Source: Lama glama (taxonomy: Eukaryota). Taken from it: a stretch of 64,000 nt of DNA. The stretch lies in contig CM052817.1 in the NCBI GenBank assembly GCA_028534125.1, positions 87,050,001 to 87,114,000 on the forward strand. Reading direction: 5' to 3'. Positions 12,590-25,366 of this stretch are shown here, piece by piece (the first letter of the stretch is position 1; every line of letters starts with the position of its first letter). Under the pieces are notes generated by a model. The model saw only the letters and a list, made by a program, of their open reading frames with translations. It was not told the DNA's origin and made no database searches. A program made the translations under genes and the position numbers.

Positions 12590-13225
12590 CTGCCTTTTGT
12601 GAGCTGCCCAATGCTTGTGCAGTGGAAACCATAGCAACAGATGCAGAATGAGGGATGTTGGGAGGTTGGGATGCTAACTAGTTGGCTTTCCATATGGTGT
12701 TCCATGTACGCAGACATCTTAAAGAAGCTGAGTAGAAAACATTATACCCTTGTTTGGAAGATGTACAATGAAGTCCAAGAGGGTGATGTGACTTGCCAGA
12801 AGACCTTGTCCACAGTAGATTCTTGAGGTTGGTCTGAGGAATTCCTTATGAATAGAAGAAAAGTGCCTATTGTATATTGAGTGCTGAAGTTTTAAAATAA
12901 TTTTTTAAATAAAACTCTACCTGTCCTTCTCCATTTTTTTTTTTTTTCAGTTTTGGAAGAGATTTTGGACTCTAGGCACTAATTAGTGGAGATCTTTGTA
13001 CTTGCTGGTTTTTACCTCTTGGACATAGATGAAGTAGATGATCCACACTGGACAGTGACAGAGAAGAAGTGGAGAATCAGTTTGTGGAATCCATCGAAAA
13101 GTGGAGATATAGGCTAGGGTTGTCTGAAGTGATCTTACTTGGAAACAACCTATGTGGATTCTTGCCTGTTGCTTACACACTTTGGTGTCTGAATCAACCA
13201 CACGGCCCTAATCAAGAGAGAATCA
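12590..13225 (+). pseudogene. ABHD5: Decayed processed pseudogene of ABHD5 (CGI-58): 5'UTR to early exon 4
   Basis: 13051-13182 translates [44 protein letters not shown], versus recalled human ABHD5 [44 protein letters not shown]. Upstream pieces read LTSWLSIWCS (LTGWLPTWCP), HLKEAE*K, NKTLPVLLH and FGRDFGL*ALISGDLCT. The start codon has decayed to ATA at 12631. Stops and frameshifts are present and there are no intron-sized gaps. Confidence 0.9.
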
Positions 13226-13539
13226 CCTTGCCATCTTTGTGAATGAGCAAGAGTTGGGCAAGGCATAGTCACTCCCATGGGTTACAATATAAATGTGCTC
13301 CCAGGAGAAGTGAACCACATGGGCTCTGCCTTCAACATTGTAATAATCTATCACTTTCATCTTTGATTCTAGTCAAGTAGGTGTAATTTAAGGTGGCAAA
13401 TCACAAAATTATCTGTTTTATTTTTATATCTGGATTTTTTTACAATGACTGTTTCTTCTTACGTAAATGTGCTAACACTTCACATTCATTTTGTTACAAA
13501 TCATCACAAGTTGATGTGTATGCAGCTACAATGAGCATG

Positions 13540-14050
13540 TATTTCATATATTATTTATTTAGAAAAATATCTATGACTATTGAATGAATAGAAGTTGAAA
13601 CATGTTAGGTTTGCTGTTCTTTTTCTAATTTCTTGACTTTAAAATAAATGTATTTTTTTCTCATTTGATATTAATAATTTTTGGATTTATATCAGGTTTT
13701 GAATCTTACAGGTTGTGTTATGTATTACATTTATTTTCTCTATTTCTAATTATTTTGTAAGAATTTTGATTTCTTTTTTATTAAGGAGTTTAGAAATGTA
13801 TTTCTATTTTTACTTTTATTCCATTGTGATAAAAAATATAGTTGGCACTCTTTCTTTGAAAATTAGCTTTTCTTTTATATTTTGTTAGTATATCATAGAT
13901 ATTAAAAATGGTGTATGTTAACTCTATTAAATTCCTCAAGTATTCTATATGCATGCATTTCCAAATATTTTATAATGTTATGTTTAACTGTTTGATCTGC
14001 TAATGACTTAGAGCTATGCTCATCTCCTGTGACTATTTTGTTTCTGTCCC
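13540..14050 (-). mobile_element. Old L1 fragment (antisense, T-rich)
   Basis: Decayed antisense ORF2-like sequence (tttttctaatttcttgactt…, ttattccattgtgat…). Confidence 0.45.
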
Positions 14051-15817
14051 TTCCTCCTTTTTATTAAAAAAAAGTTTTGAGAATTTTGATGTCATGCAAT
14101 TTAACTTGTAATAGTTTTTCACACTAGTGTATATTTGCTGATTTCATGACTTTTAACTTTATTTCTTCACTTTCTTTTAAGAATGTACCTTGGGAGTTGG
14201 GTTACATTTTTAGCTGTAATGTTCTTCTTCCTCTCTAGTGTTTGTTCAAGCTGCTCCTGTCTTTTGCAGATGGCCTTTCTGGGCATGCTTTGAGTTGAAA
14301 TATCTTTTCTTGTTTTAAATATTTTTGCCTCTGTCTTTCATATTTTTTCTTACAATTCTTGGTCCACCACGTAACATTTTCTTGTTTCAGCACTTTAAAA
14401 AAAATTTTATGTGCTCTTAAATAATCGTTCTCATTTCTAAAAAGAAAGCAAACATGTGTACTTAATCTGCTATTTTGAGCCAATACAGACTGCTATTTCT
14501 TTTCTTGCATTTGAACTGTCTTTGAGGAAACTGAATGAAATGAATTTTATGTACTTCAGGTTGAGGTATGAAGTCATCAAGTCTAAGCTGGAAATACACT
14601 TGGAATGTATCTTTGGCTCATGGGACAGTGGACATAATGTCAAGATTTTAAACTATGTTATCTTTTTTTTTTTTTTTTGCTATGGACACAAGTGGATTCT
14701 TGCTTAGTATGAATGAACTTATTTTACCACATGCGTTCTACTCAGAGAAACTTGTACTTCACGTTTCCAAAGAGTTTCATGATATTTAAAAGATGTTTAA
14801 GGAAACTATCATATCCTTAAGACTGATGTCTTAAAATCAACTTAAGATTTTAATCATATGTGGAAGAGTTGGTAAATGTTACAAATTTAGCATCCATATT
14901 AAATGCATTTGTAGGAGGGATAATAAAAATACTTGGCATTTAATGTGGCACTGGAATCAACTAGTATATTATGGTCAATTGACTAGTCAGAAAAAAGGCT
15001 GAACAGAAATACTGGTATACTGTAATTTTGACTGTTTATACATTTTTACAATAATTCTGGACTTAAGGAATGAAATTGTTATGAAAGTTTGCCATTGACT
15101 AAGAGCTGTTGTTTTTAACCAGGAAAGTTCCAGAGTAAGTAGCTGACTTAAAAGCAGACATTCAGTTCTCTATTTAGAAGCTGGTACAAAGCCAAGGCAA
15201 TTTTAAGTGAAAAGACAAGCCAGAATTCAATGTCATTTAATTAGGCCACATAGGCAAAATTTATTTTTAACATCAAGAAAAATAGAAGAAAAACAATGGA
15301 TCCACAAAGAGAAAGTTACTGCTCTAAAAGTTATTCTTATCTGAGTTGAATATAGAACTACTCTTTACTTTAAAAATCAATCACAATTCCACTTTACATC
15401 ATAAAGTAAACTGTTTTGCAGAATTTAATAGGATTATGCTATTGATTCCATCTGTACAATGTGAGCTGCTATTGCATACCTATGAACTGTGGCCTATTAC
15501 GTTACTGAGCACAAGAGAAAAGGGATTAGTCCGTGGGAGAATAAGCAGATTTCATGGCTCCACACAATGTTCACATACCTGTTAACTCAATAGTCATTTT
15601 ATGTTGGTAAATGTCAACCAATAAAACAAAACAAAATAAAAAAGTAGTCTGTTTTAATCCTTGACATATCTGGCTAAGCTGGTTTGAAAAACTCAGTTTG
15701 GGTACCTATTCAAAATTCTGGTGCTGGATATGAATTTTTGCTTCCTTCTTTCTTTTCTTCACAGAGATGAAAATACTATTGAATCACTGATTTCAACTGG
15801 ATATGATTTCATTAACA

Positions 15818-15970
15818 TTTTTTTATTGAGGTATCACTGATTTACAATGTTGTGTTAGTTTCTGGTGTGCAGCACAGTGCTTCAGCTACACACACATACA
15901 TGCATATATGCTTTTTCATATTCTTTTTCATTATAGGTTATTACAAGCTATTGAATATAGTTTCCAGTAC
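15818..15970 (-). mobile_element. Young truncated L1 3' end
   Basis: ttttattgaggtatcactgatttacaatgttgtgttagtttctggtgt…ctattgaatatagttt; 12-bp TSD tgatttcattaa at 15804-15815 and 15971-15982. Confidence 0.88.
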
Positions 15971-16089
15971 TGATTTCATTAATTTCTGTGATGTCTTCTT
16001 GAGAATCATTTAATTAAAGTAGTCTAGCTATTCCAGCTTATTTTCAGTCTATGTCAAGGGAAAAAGTGATGCTATTAGGGTGTTAGGGA

Positions 16090-16406
16090 AAGAAAGGCAG
16101 AAGGAATTTTGACTACAATGGAAAAGGCAATGATGGCAGAAACAGAGCTTGGAGACAGGTACTTTGAAGGTGGAGGAAAGGATACATGTCAAGGAATACA
16201 GAAGGCAACTAGAAGCTGAAAGGGAACAAGGAAATGGGTTCTTATCTGGAGCCTCCAGAAGGAAATAGCCCTGTTCAGACCTTGATTTTAGCTCCATAAA
16301 ACTCCTTTTGGACTTCTGATCTCCAGAACTTTAAGAGAATAAATTTGTCTAGTTTGTTACTAAGTTGTTCTGGTAATTTGTTGCAGCAACAACAAGAAGT
16401 TAATAT
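16090..16406 (+). mobile_element. MLT1D-like MaLR LTR (3' part)
   Basis: ctagaagctg…ctggagcctccagaagga…gacttctgatctccagaact…aataaatttgt. Confidence 0.85.
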
Positions 16407-16516
16407 ATTTATTCCTCACTTGATCATTGCCCTCCAGATTTACCTTTGGTACCAAAAAAAAAAAAGATTTCATTTTGAAATCTGTCAACATCTATTATTT
16501 ATACAATGGGAATCAA

Positions 16517-16972
16517 TATGTCAGTGTAATTCTACTGGGAAAGCGAGTAACAATTCCGAGTTAGAAATGAAAAAGATTTATTGATGATGAAGTCTATGAA
16601 AGTCAAAGGAGAGAGACATAGTAGGGAGAGTCTTCAAATCTGTGATGCAGGTTTGACACCTATGAAAAGACAAGTAAAGAAGAAACATTGGATGAGCTAC
16701 TGATGCAGTTCTGAAAAAATCTCATCCATACCAACAGGGAACCCCAGAGCAAGGATTACCTATTAGACAAGTCCTATGATGGCTAGAAACAAGGCCCCAG
16801 CATTGCACCATGCCCAGTTATTATCAGGAACAGCCTAGAAGAAGTGCTTTCTTGCCTAGAATACTATGGTACATTCTAAGTGTTGTAACCTCAATTGTCA
16901 GCTGATGGCAGTTCTCAGAGCAGGTTTTCTCTTGTAAACATATCCAAGTGGCATACCTACATGGCTGCCAGA
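16517..16972 (-). mobile_element. LTR16-like ERVL solo LTR
   Basis: gtgatgcaggtttgacacctatgaaaag…catggctgccaga; TSD atcaa/gtcaa; similar to the LTR at 32911-33327. Confidence 0.75.
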
Positions 16973-17589
16973 GTCAATTCAACAAGGTAGGCATGCAATA
17001 AATATATCTTAAATACAAAAATAAATATCCCACTGGAAAATTGCAAAAGCCTAAATTTTCACCTACGATAGTAATTTTTCCCTAATGCTCTAGCACCTCC
17101 ACCTTAATATTTATTATTACCTTTTGTAGAATAGCCTTAACGAACATGTTTCATATTTTTTATTTCCCCAATCATTACATATGTTATATTGATTACTTGA
17201 CATTAGCTGTAAAGTATTTTCTTCATATTTGTGAGTGTTTATAGATTCATGGCAGGCTATTCAGTTGTCATTCCTAGATTTAGACATGCATAATCTAGGC
17301 TTTGCGTTTAAATATGATCTCCTAAGTAGACCTTTGACGCTCTTTTATCACACTTTTGTAGTTATCATCTTGGACGGGCTGCCATGACAATGGCTGTCCT
17401 CACACACTCTAGGTGACTATATTAGTTAAAGCTCAGAGTCCAGTAGTGCCTTGGTCCATGCTTCACATGGTCAACAGAACTAGCTTTTTCATCTTATCAT
17501 AAAGGAAAAAAGGCTCAAGGCAAAATAATGATATTCTGACAAAGAAGACCTTGTCAGAGAATGATGCAACCTGGTATTTTATTGATTAA

Positions 17590-17760
17590 GAGTCCACATA
17601 ATTTTACTCCCAAGGACCAGATAGCCCATTAGGTTTTGCAGGCCACATATAATCTGTCATATATTCTGTTTTTTTCTTTTCTACAAACTTTTAAAATACA
17701 AACACCATTCTTAGCTCATTGGCTGAACAAAAATGCAGTCCTCTGCCAGATTTGCCGTCA
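17590..17760. mobile_element. MER58-like hAT-Charlie DNA transposon remnant
   Basis: ttaggttttgcaggccacat…accattcttagctcattggctgaacaaaaa…ccagatttg. Confidence 0.7.
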
Positions 17761-17865
17761 GTGTAGAGCCAATAAATAATTGTGTAATTCTCTAAGAGAT
17801 GTACAAATGGCAGGAGCGGTCTCCTTAATCTTTCAAGTGTATTTGTGACCTGTTTCATTCTTTCC

Positions 17866-18320
17866 TGTATTAAGTAAGATTTTATTTGGCTATGGACAAT
17901 AGAAAAATCTAAAATAAAGGTGGCACAACCAAGATAGAAATGTATTCCCCTCAGGTAGACTTACAGAGGTGTAAAATGCAATCTGATCCACAAATTCCTT
18001 AGGCATCCAGCCTTCTTCAAGCTTACCAGTTTGCTCTCATCCTCTGGATTGAAGACAGAGTGTACGTTTCGGGTTGGATGAGGATAAACAAAAACATGAA
18101 AAAGGGGTAGTATCAAGTGTATGTGAAGAAATATTCAAGGAAGCTTCTCTAAGCACTCATTATCTGTTTGGCCAGAACTTACTGATGTGGGCGTATTGTA
18201 AGGAAAGCTGGCCAATCTGTTGTCTTTTAAACTGGGCTGCATTATGCTGAGTCAAATTTCCTATTTCTGTGATAGAAGTATAAGACAGGTTTTAGGGGAT
18301 AAGTACTGGTTCCTGACATG
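17866..18320 (-). mobile_element. Old MLT1 (J/K-like) LTR
   Basis: tgtattaagtaag…aaaataaaggtggcacaaccaagatagaaatgtatt…ttggccagaactt. Confidence 0.55.
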
Positions 18321-21300
18321 ATTCTTCATTATTTAAATTAAGAAGTCCAATTGTGGCACATAAATATTTACTCCCATGGCAAAATAAGTATAACAGATAG
18401 AAGTATATTACACATGTTAATTTTTATTAAGCTATTTGTCAATATATTTAATAGTTTAATTGAATTAAACTCACATATATGAGTTAGTTCGTCGGAAAAA
18501 AACATAAAACTAGATTTCTCTGAGAAAAAAACTAGATACCATGAGGCATAACTGATCAAATATATACATTTGTTTTCTGGTGATGCACTTAGTATTAGAA
18601 CTCAAATTACCTTACTATTGAGTAGTAACATGCCATCTGAAAGATATTTTTTAACTTGCCAGTTTCTCATATTTTATCATGGTACAAGGAGAAATTTTTA
18701 AATAGAAATATATGAGAAAGTTATTTTTAAATAGTTAATTCTAAAGGAGAATTCTTTAATGATAAATTTCCTCAGAATAATCTTCCCTCAAATCACTTTA
18801 CTAATAATCACTTTAACCACAGTAAAAAAATTAACAGTACATAAGGGCCTCCATATTTATAGCTTTCAAATATGCATTTTTAAGTAAGTGAAAGTATTAC
18901 AAAAGGGAAGCTGGAATGTGAATTATGTCATGTCTAACTCACCTTTCTACCAGTACCTATGTACATCATTTGGGTTTTCTATCTCTTACACTTTTCCACA
19001 CAAAAAAGACTATTTATAATATTTATTTATACCCTTCCTGGGAAACACATTATATCTTTAACATATCCATATGAATTTTTGTGTTATCATCATAATACTA
19101 TAACTAAGAATAAAATTAATAAAAGGATTGAAAATATTAACTTTAAAAATAAATATGATATTTTTATAAGCTCATGCATGATGGAAATTATCCTAGAATC
19201 ACTTCACATTAAGAATAATGTGTAGTGCACTAAATTAAATGAAGAATTTCTATAGTGACTCTTTTTAGTTATATTATTTAGATGTTTCCTTCCTAGACAA
19301 CATAAGCACAACTAGTACAGACAGAATTTTTCTGTTATTACTAAATATTTATTAATCTACTGTGTTGTACAGGGTTTTCTTTTAATTTATTGGAAATAAA
19401 TTACATAAAATAAACTTTTCATCAAAATTACAATTTACCTAATTGGAGAATGCAAATTTGAAGTATTATACATATAGATTTAGATAGCTTGATCTATTTG
19501 GCAGTCTTTAAAGGCGATGATTTTATTTTAGTCATTTAATTATTTTCACATAATGTTAAAATTTATTTATAATATATAGACACAGAGCTTGACATATGCC
19601 AGGTGTTTTAAGCATTTCTCAAACATTAATTTTAATACTTTTAATAACATCACAGATGCTATGCTTATTTTTTATTTCCATGTATTTATTTACTTGTTAT
19701 TTTAAGTGCATAGAAAGTTAACCTATGCAGTGGCCACTTTTTCTTTGCTGCAAGTTCTTTATTTCAAGAGCAGATTAGTAAGTAGTATTTCTGTCCATAC
19801 TAAAAAATAATTAAGGAGTTTAGAGAAGAATGGTGGATACTGTGTGAATATTTAACTTAATATTCTAATACCAAAACCAAATCTTGCTAGTTCCAAATAA
19901 CATATGCCATTAAATTACTACTTAGCTTTATTTTGTGAATTATGCATTAGATTTGAATGTAGTTATGAGTTACTTGTGTATTAAGAAGCCTTCATACTCA
20001 GCACAGATATAGGAAATCCAAATGAGTCATATTTCTAGATAAAAACTAATATATTTCCAATATTTCTAAAAATAAAAAAGAGAGAAAGAAGAGTAGCAGC
20101 GCAATTTGCTTGAAACTGCAGTTCTTTATGACATGTCCCTTATGAATAATATCTGATTGCTCTAGCACGGTTGTTGCTGCCAACCACAAACTATTCACCT
20201 TAGGATGCACTGCATAAATCATTATGGTAGCTATAATAACTTTTAATTTATATTTTAAAGTGACATCTTGAATTTAGCATTTAGAACTACTAACATCATT
20301 ATTCTCCAATCAATTATTAGTAATGAAAATACATATATATATATATATAGTTTAGCATAGTAAGGTACAGTATAACTAACATCAAAAGAAATGAAATAAT
20401 ATTAATTGGTTGTAGTTTGTTAGCCACAGCGAGGAATTAATTTTTAATGTATTCCAGAAGGACGAAAGTAATTGTCATTAAGCTAAAGGAAGTTATATAC
20501 ATACATTTATTTTTCTGCTATGGCTTCAAATTATGACTGTTTCTGGTATCTGATGGCTGATATTTATGTAACTCTCTGCTTCTCATCAAATATTGCGTTA
20601 ATATGATATTCCATATGTAATGTAATATTCAAAAATATAATAATTGTTGCTTCAGAGTCTGATTGGAAAGCCATCGTGAAATATGCTGCTTTGCTTGTGT
20701 TCTCCTGACTGCGAGTTGAATTCATTAATAGTTTGTCTGCTAAAGCAAAAGGCATTCACAAGATTTATAGCAGAAACATTCACAGCAGATATTCACTGTA
20801 TTGTGTTAGTAGAGGTTTTGTTGAGCTCATGGCATCCTTTGATTAACTGCCATTGGAGACAGAGTTTGCAACAGAGCTGTGTCACGGCTCTATGTCACCA
20901 TGTTTCCCGAAGTTACTGGTAGGCCTTTAGGGAGGATAAGTGTATAAACATTCACTTAACTAGAGATGTATGGACAAGCTGTGAAAGTAATGACTAACTG
21001 ACTGCCATTCTGGATTTATTTGGAAATCTTTTGACTCCAGCTCCACCTCACGTAATGATGAATGACATCTCTTTCTCTGATGAAGGGAAACAGCAGGCTT
21101 GGGCCCAGAGCAGGCAGCCTGAGATGTGATTACAAGTCACAGTGCTGCAGTTGGTGGAAGTGAGCAAACAGAGACAGGGTGTGTTAAGGTTTCTCACTTA
21201 CTTTCTCGGTAGTGAAATTAATAAATTAGGCATATGAAATACAATAATTTATTTCCATCCTGGCTTAAAATAGCAAATCAAGTTGAAGCAAATATGTTCA

Positions 21301-22279
21301 AGCATTCAAACATTCTAACTCTAGAGGTGCTTATTATTGGTTGTAGAAGGAAAGCAGAGTTTCTGATTTCTGTGAGATGGAGTTTATATATTACTCTTTC
21401 TGTGAAAGTGTAGAATGGCCTAATGTGCATGTTTTCTTGTTCATCTTCATGATCTTATTAAAAAGGATGAAATTTTACTGCAATTAATTTTCAATAATCA
21501 TACCTATTCCATCCAGGAGCAAAGCTCTCTCTCTTATGTTTTGGTTCCCTCTAATCTACCAAAAGAGGGTGCAGAGTAATTGGAGATAAGAGTGAAGGGG
21601 GCTGACTAGGCATTGCTGAGATAAGTAATTTAAATTTTTATAAATTTTCAAAAAAAGAAATCAAGTTTCTTATTTTTTTTTAGCCTTTTTAGATTGTTTC
21701 TTTAAATGTCAAGCTGTCTGAGGACATTAAACTTTTAGTTCATATTTAAAATTATGAGGACTCCATCATATACAACTCAGGTGAAAAGGCAGGTGCTCAG
21801 GAAGAAATGGGGTTGACAGCATGAAGGACCTGAAACACTTTCCTTTGCCTCTGCCCTTATCCATTGTGCCAGCTTTTTGAATTATTTTTGGATCCAAAGA
21901 CAAGAAAGAATGCAGTTTTCAAACCTCTGACTGTTTAGATACGTCATCTTGTCGCCATGACTTGAGTGACACTGTGATTCAAGGATATATGTGGTAGGGG
22001 AAAAGGGTATTGTGGTACTTACTGGCTTAAGTAAGAAATACTATTTAAAAATTTTTTTTAGATTTATTTTTTATTGTAACCTACTTTTCACTCACTTTTT
22101 TTGGCCTCATACGTTTAAAGAATTCAGTAGCATATCCCCAGATCCACATTTCAGAAACTCCGCCAAATCATCCTTAGGCTATGTGTTGTTTTAGATTTAT
22201 CCCCCGTTTTTTCCTCACCATCCTATATGGGCTTACTTAGTTCTATTTGGGCAAAAGTACAGTTGGTGAGAATTGAACA

Positions 22280-23750
22280 TTTCTGACCATAAATCTAAGA
22301 CAGGGTAAAAATGGAAGACTTATAAAATGTTATATGACCTGACAAAGAAAAAAAATAATGATATAAATTATAGAAGAATGAAGAGAGAAAGGGGAAGGCA
22401 GAGTGAGCCCATCCATTGCATATAGGTATAATAGGCAGGAGGCAAAAGATATTTATGAAATGACAAACTGAGTGGAAGTAATGCTAAGGTGACTGAAAGG
22501 AAATGAATGTCTTAATGGCAAGAAATATGAAGGACTTGAAACCTTATCCTACTTGCAAGCTAACGAGTTAGCCTGTCAGTTTCCTAGAAGCTGGCAGGAG
22601 ACAAGAGACTCCTGAGTGACAAAGGACAGGATTATGGGATCAGGCAGAAGGAGCTTCTCATTTCCGTCACCTCCCTTACTCCCCAGGTCCCAAGGGGGTG
22701 ATGCTGAGAAGGGGACAGGTGGATGCTGCACACATGGTAGGTTCACATCACAGCTAAAGAACCCCAAATTTAGGCAACTTCAATTTTTTAATGTGGGCTG
22801 TTATAAATCCTGCCCAAATTTTGCTACAAAAGGAGTCATTATCTTTATTGTCCGGGTCAGGAAACAAATATACCCTTTTCTCTGAAGGAAGCCACTCTCT
22901 CAATCTTCCAACACTATTTGCAATACAGATGTCCTAAAAAGAGTGTCAATAACAAAAACTTAAACAGACATGCAGAAACACCATGGAAAATACTCTTCAA
23001 AAGATCAGGAGAAAGGTAACCACTAGAAAAGAATTATAAAGTATACATAGTGCCTAAACAAATACATACAAAATAATACAAATAAAAATATCAATAAAAA
23101 GAGACCAGGTCTGTGAAAAATACCACATAAAACACAACAAAGGAAATACGAAATTAAATGATGGCAGACACAAGACCGAACATACTAAGTTATACCTCTA
23201 AATGTAAATGGGATTATTCCTCTTTTAAAAGACAAATATTTTCAGAATGGCTTGCAAATAAAAACCTTTCTATGTGTGCAGAAGATATATACCTAGAAGA
23301 AAAAGATACTGAATTAAAGGAGGGATGGAGTTACACCACGCAAATACAAGACAAAGACAAGTTGAGATTGATATTTGAAAAGGTAAAATGCACAGAAAAA
23401 CAAAATCAACAAAACTAAAGGCAATACATAATATAGTAATACAATTTCCATAATTAACATGTAACAGTCATAAATATCCATGAAACAAATAAGAGAGAAG
23501 CCATCTTAAAAAACACCATTGCCAGGAATGACAAGGAGTTAACAGAAGGGCAGTAAAGATAGGTGATGTGAACATATCACTTTCAGACCAAGACAAGTGA
23601 GATGGTTAAACTCTATGTAAGCACTTACAAGCTTAAAATATATAAATGACTCAACCAATAAGGTAAATTCTATGAATATATAATGAACTTTGCATCTAGA
23701 TAAACTATGCAGTGTTTTTTGAAATGCACATGGAAAATTAAAAAGAGGTA
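22280..23750 (+). mobile_element. Old L1 (ORF1 end/ORF2 endonuclease region), interrupted by an LTR
   Basis: aaatgtaaatgggattattcctcttttaaaagacaaatattttcagaatgg matches the start of the L1 ORF2 endonuclease domain. Confidence 0.6.
22574..23002 (-). mobile_element. ERV solo LTR (family uncertain)
   Basis: aagctggcaggagacaagagactcctgag…gacatgcagaaacaccatggaaaa; abrupt GC increase within the L1. Confidence 0.6.
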
Positions 23751-25366
23751 ATGGAATAGGGATATAATAATTTATTTTATTTAGCTTTATTAATTAAAAT
23801 ATACTTTTTATTAAAATAAAATATTTAAGAACTACTTCATAACCTACCTTTATAACCAATGTTAGTAAATCGCCTTCTTCCCATCAGGCAATGCTGTGGA
23901 TATATTGTCAAGTTTACGTATCTTATATTCCACTTAATGCAAACACTGTTCTTACATATTAATTCTCTGTTCTAAACCCTTATATCTATTAACATAACAA
24001 TTGCATAAAGTTTTGATTCAGTTGCCAGATTCAGTATATATATTAAACTACAAACACACACACAGAAAAAAAGATTAAAGACTATTTTAATAAATTATTT
24101 TCTTCATTTATAACAGTCTAAACAAAAATAGATTGCTGAAGGACTCTTTATAAGCTTTCATAATTGTAAATAACTTCAGAAAAATTGAGGATATGAAATA
24201 AAATGTAAAGGAAAAGTACTTTGGTGAGATTTTGGTTAACACTGATATAAATGGCAGAGTAAATAAAAGAAAAGGGAAGCATTGTTGATTGTGCGTAAAA
24301 GAGAAAAATGAGAAGGTAATTAAAGCTGATTGTCAATTGCTCTGGTTCCTGTGTGTTGCTTTCCGTAATGCATCTGCATGTCTTTTTCTGTTTTTATGAT
24401 TTTAATTTCATTTCTATGCCAGATTGCTGAAGCAGAGGCTATGTCAATACCAATGACTATTAATTAGCATGGCTCTTTTGAATTACATTTTTTTTAGTAA
24501 ACCTTTTCTTAACAGGAACATGATGAGTCGTTTGAATATTCCAAAAGAAATCATAAGCAGTTACCAGGAAGCTGTACTTGTGCAGACTTTCAAAATAAAG
24601 AACAAAGTGTATTTTAATTTAATTAAATGAAAGTCTATTCAATAAGGATAATTTATAGGATAAGGAAGTAGCAAGGTTAAAAGCAATTGAAAGACATTCA
24701 GAAACCAGGCTATAATCATTAAGATTTTATGTGTTTGAGAGAGAAAAAAGTATGTTGCCTGTTAATTTATACCAATTTCTTAATTATTAGAAAAATATAT
24801 AACCAATAAAACAGTATAAGTATCTACTTAGTTCGAATATGATACTGAAATAAAAGTTCAAATCAATATAGTCGTATGAACATATTGAGAGTACATAAGA
24901 ATGAAGTATATGTTACCTCTTTCTTAGTAGAATTTTAGCTTTAATTAAGAAAAAATTAAATAACTTAGAATAAGAATTCTTACCCATTGATAAAAACATG
25001 TGTAGTTTATACTTCTATTTTTTCTCTATATGGATATATTTTATTCAAAATATTATCAAAATATAATTTAACCTAAATATTAGAAAATAATGTCATATCC
25101 ATTTGGAATTCGATCATGAAAAACACAGATGTTCAGTTGGTCATATTTTATGTATACATATTTGTCATGCATTCTCAGCAGGCTGATTCAAATTACATGG
25201 CTTATCCTTTCTGTACTGCTCATGCTCTTTTCTGCTTATCCTGTGTCCTTGGTTGAAGACCAGTGACCTTCACTTGAAATATCATGGAGTAAAAAGGTCA
25301 ATATATAGGAAAATTCATTGTTATCATAGAAAGATGTTTGCTGTATTTCCATTTGAGCATATGTTG

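Noticed and set aside
12641..12826. 61-aa ORF as a functional ABHD5 peptide
   Set aside because: Only about 10 residues are in the ABHD5 frame before it frameshifts out.
17535..17558. Hairpin tctgacaa…ttgtcaga
   Set aside because: An 8-bp stem is expected by chance in 64 kb and has no supporting context.
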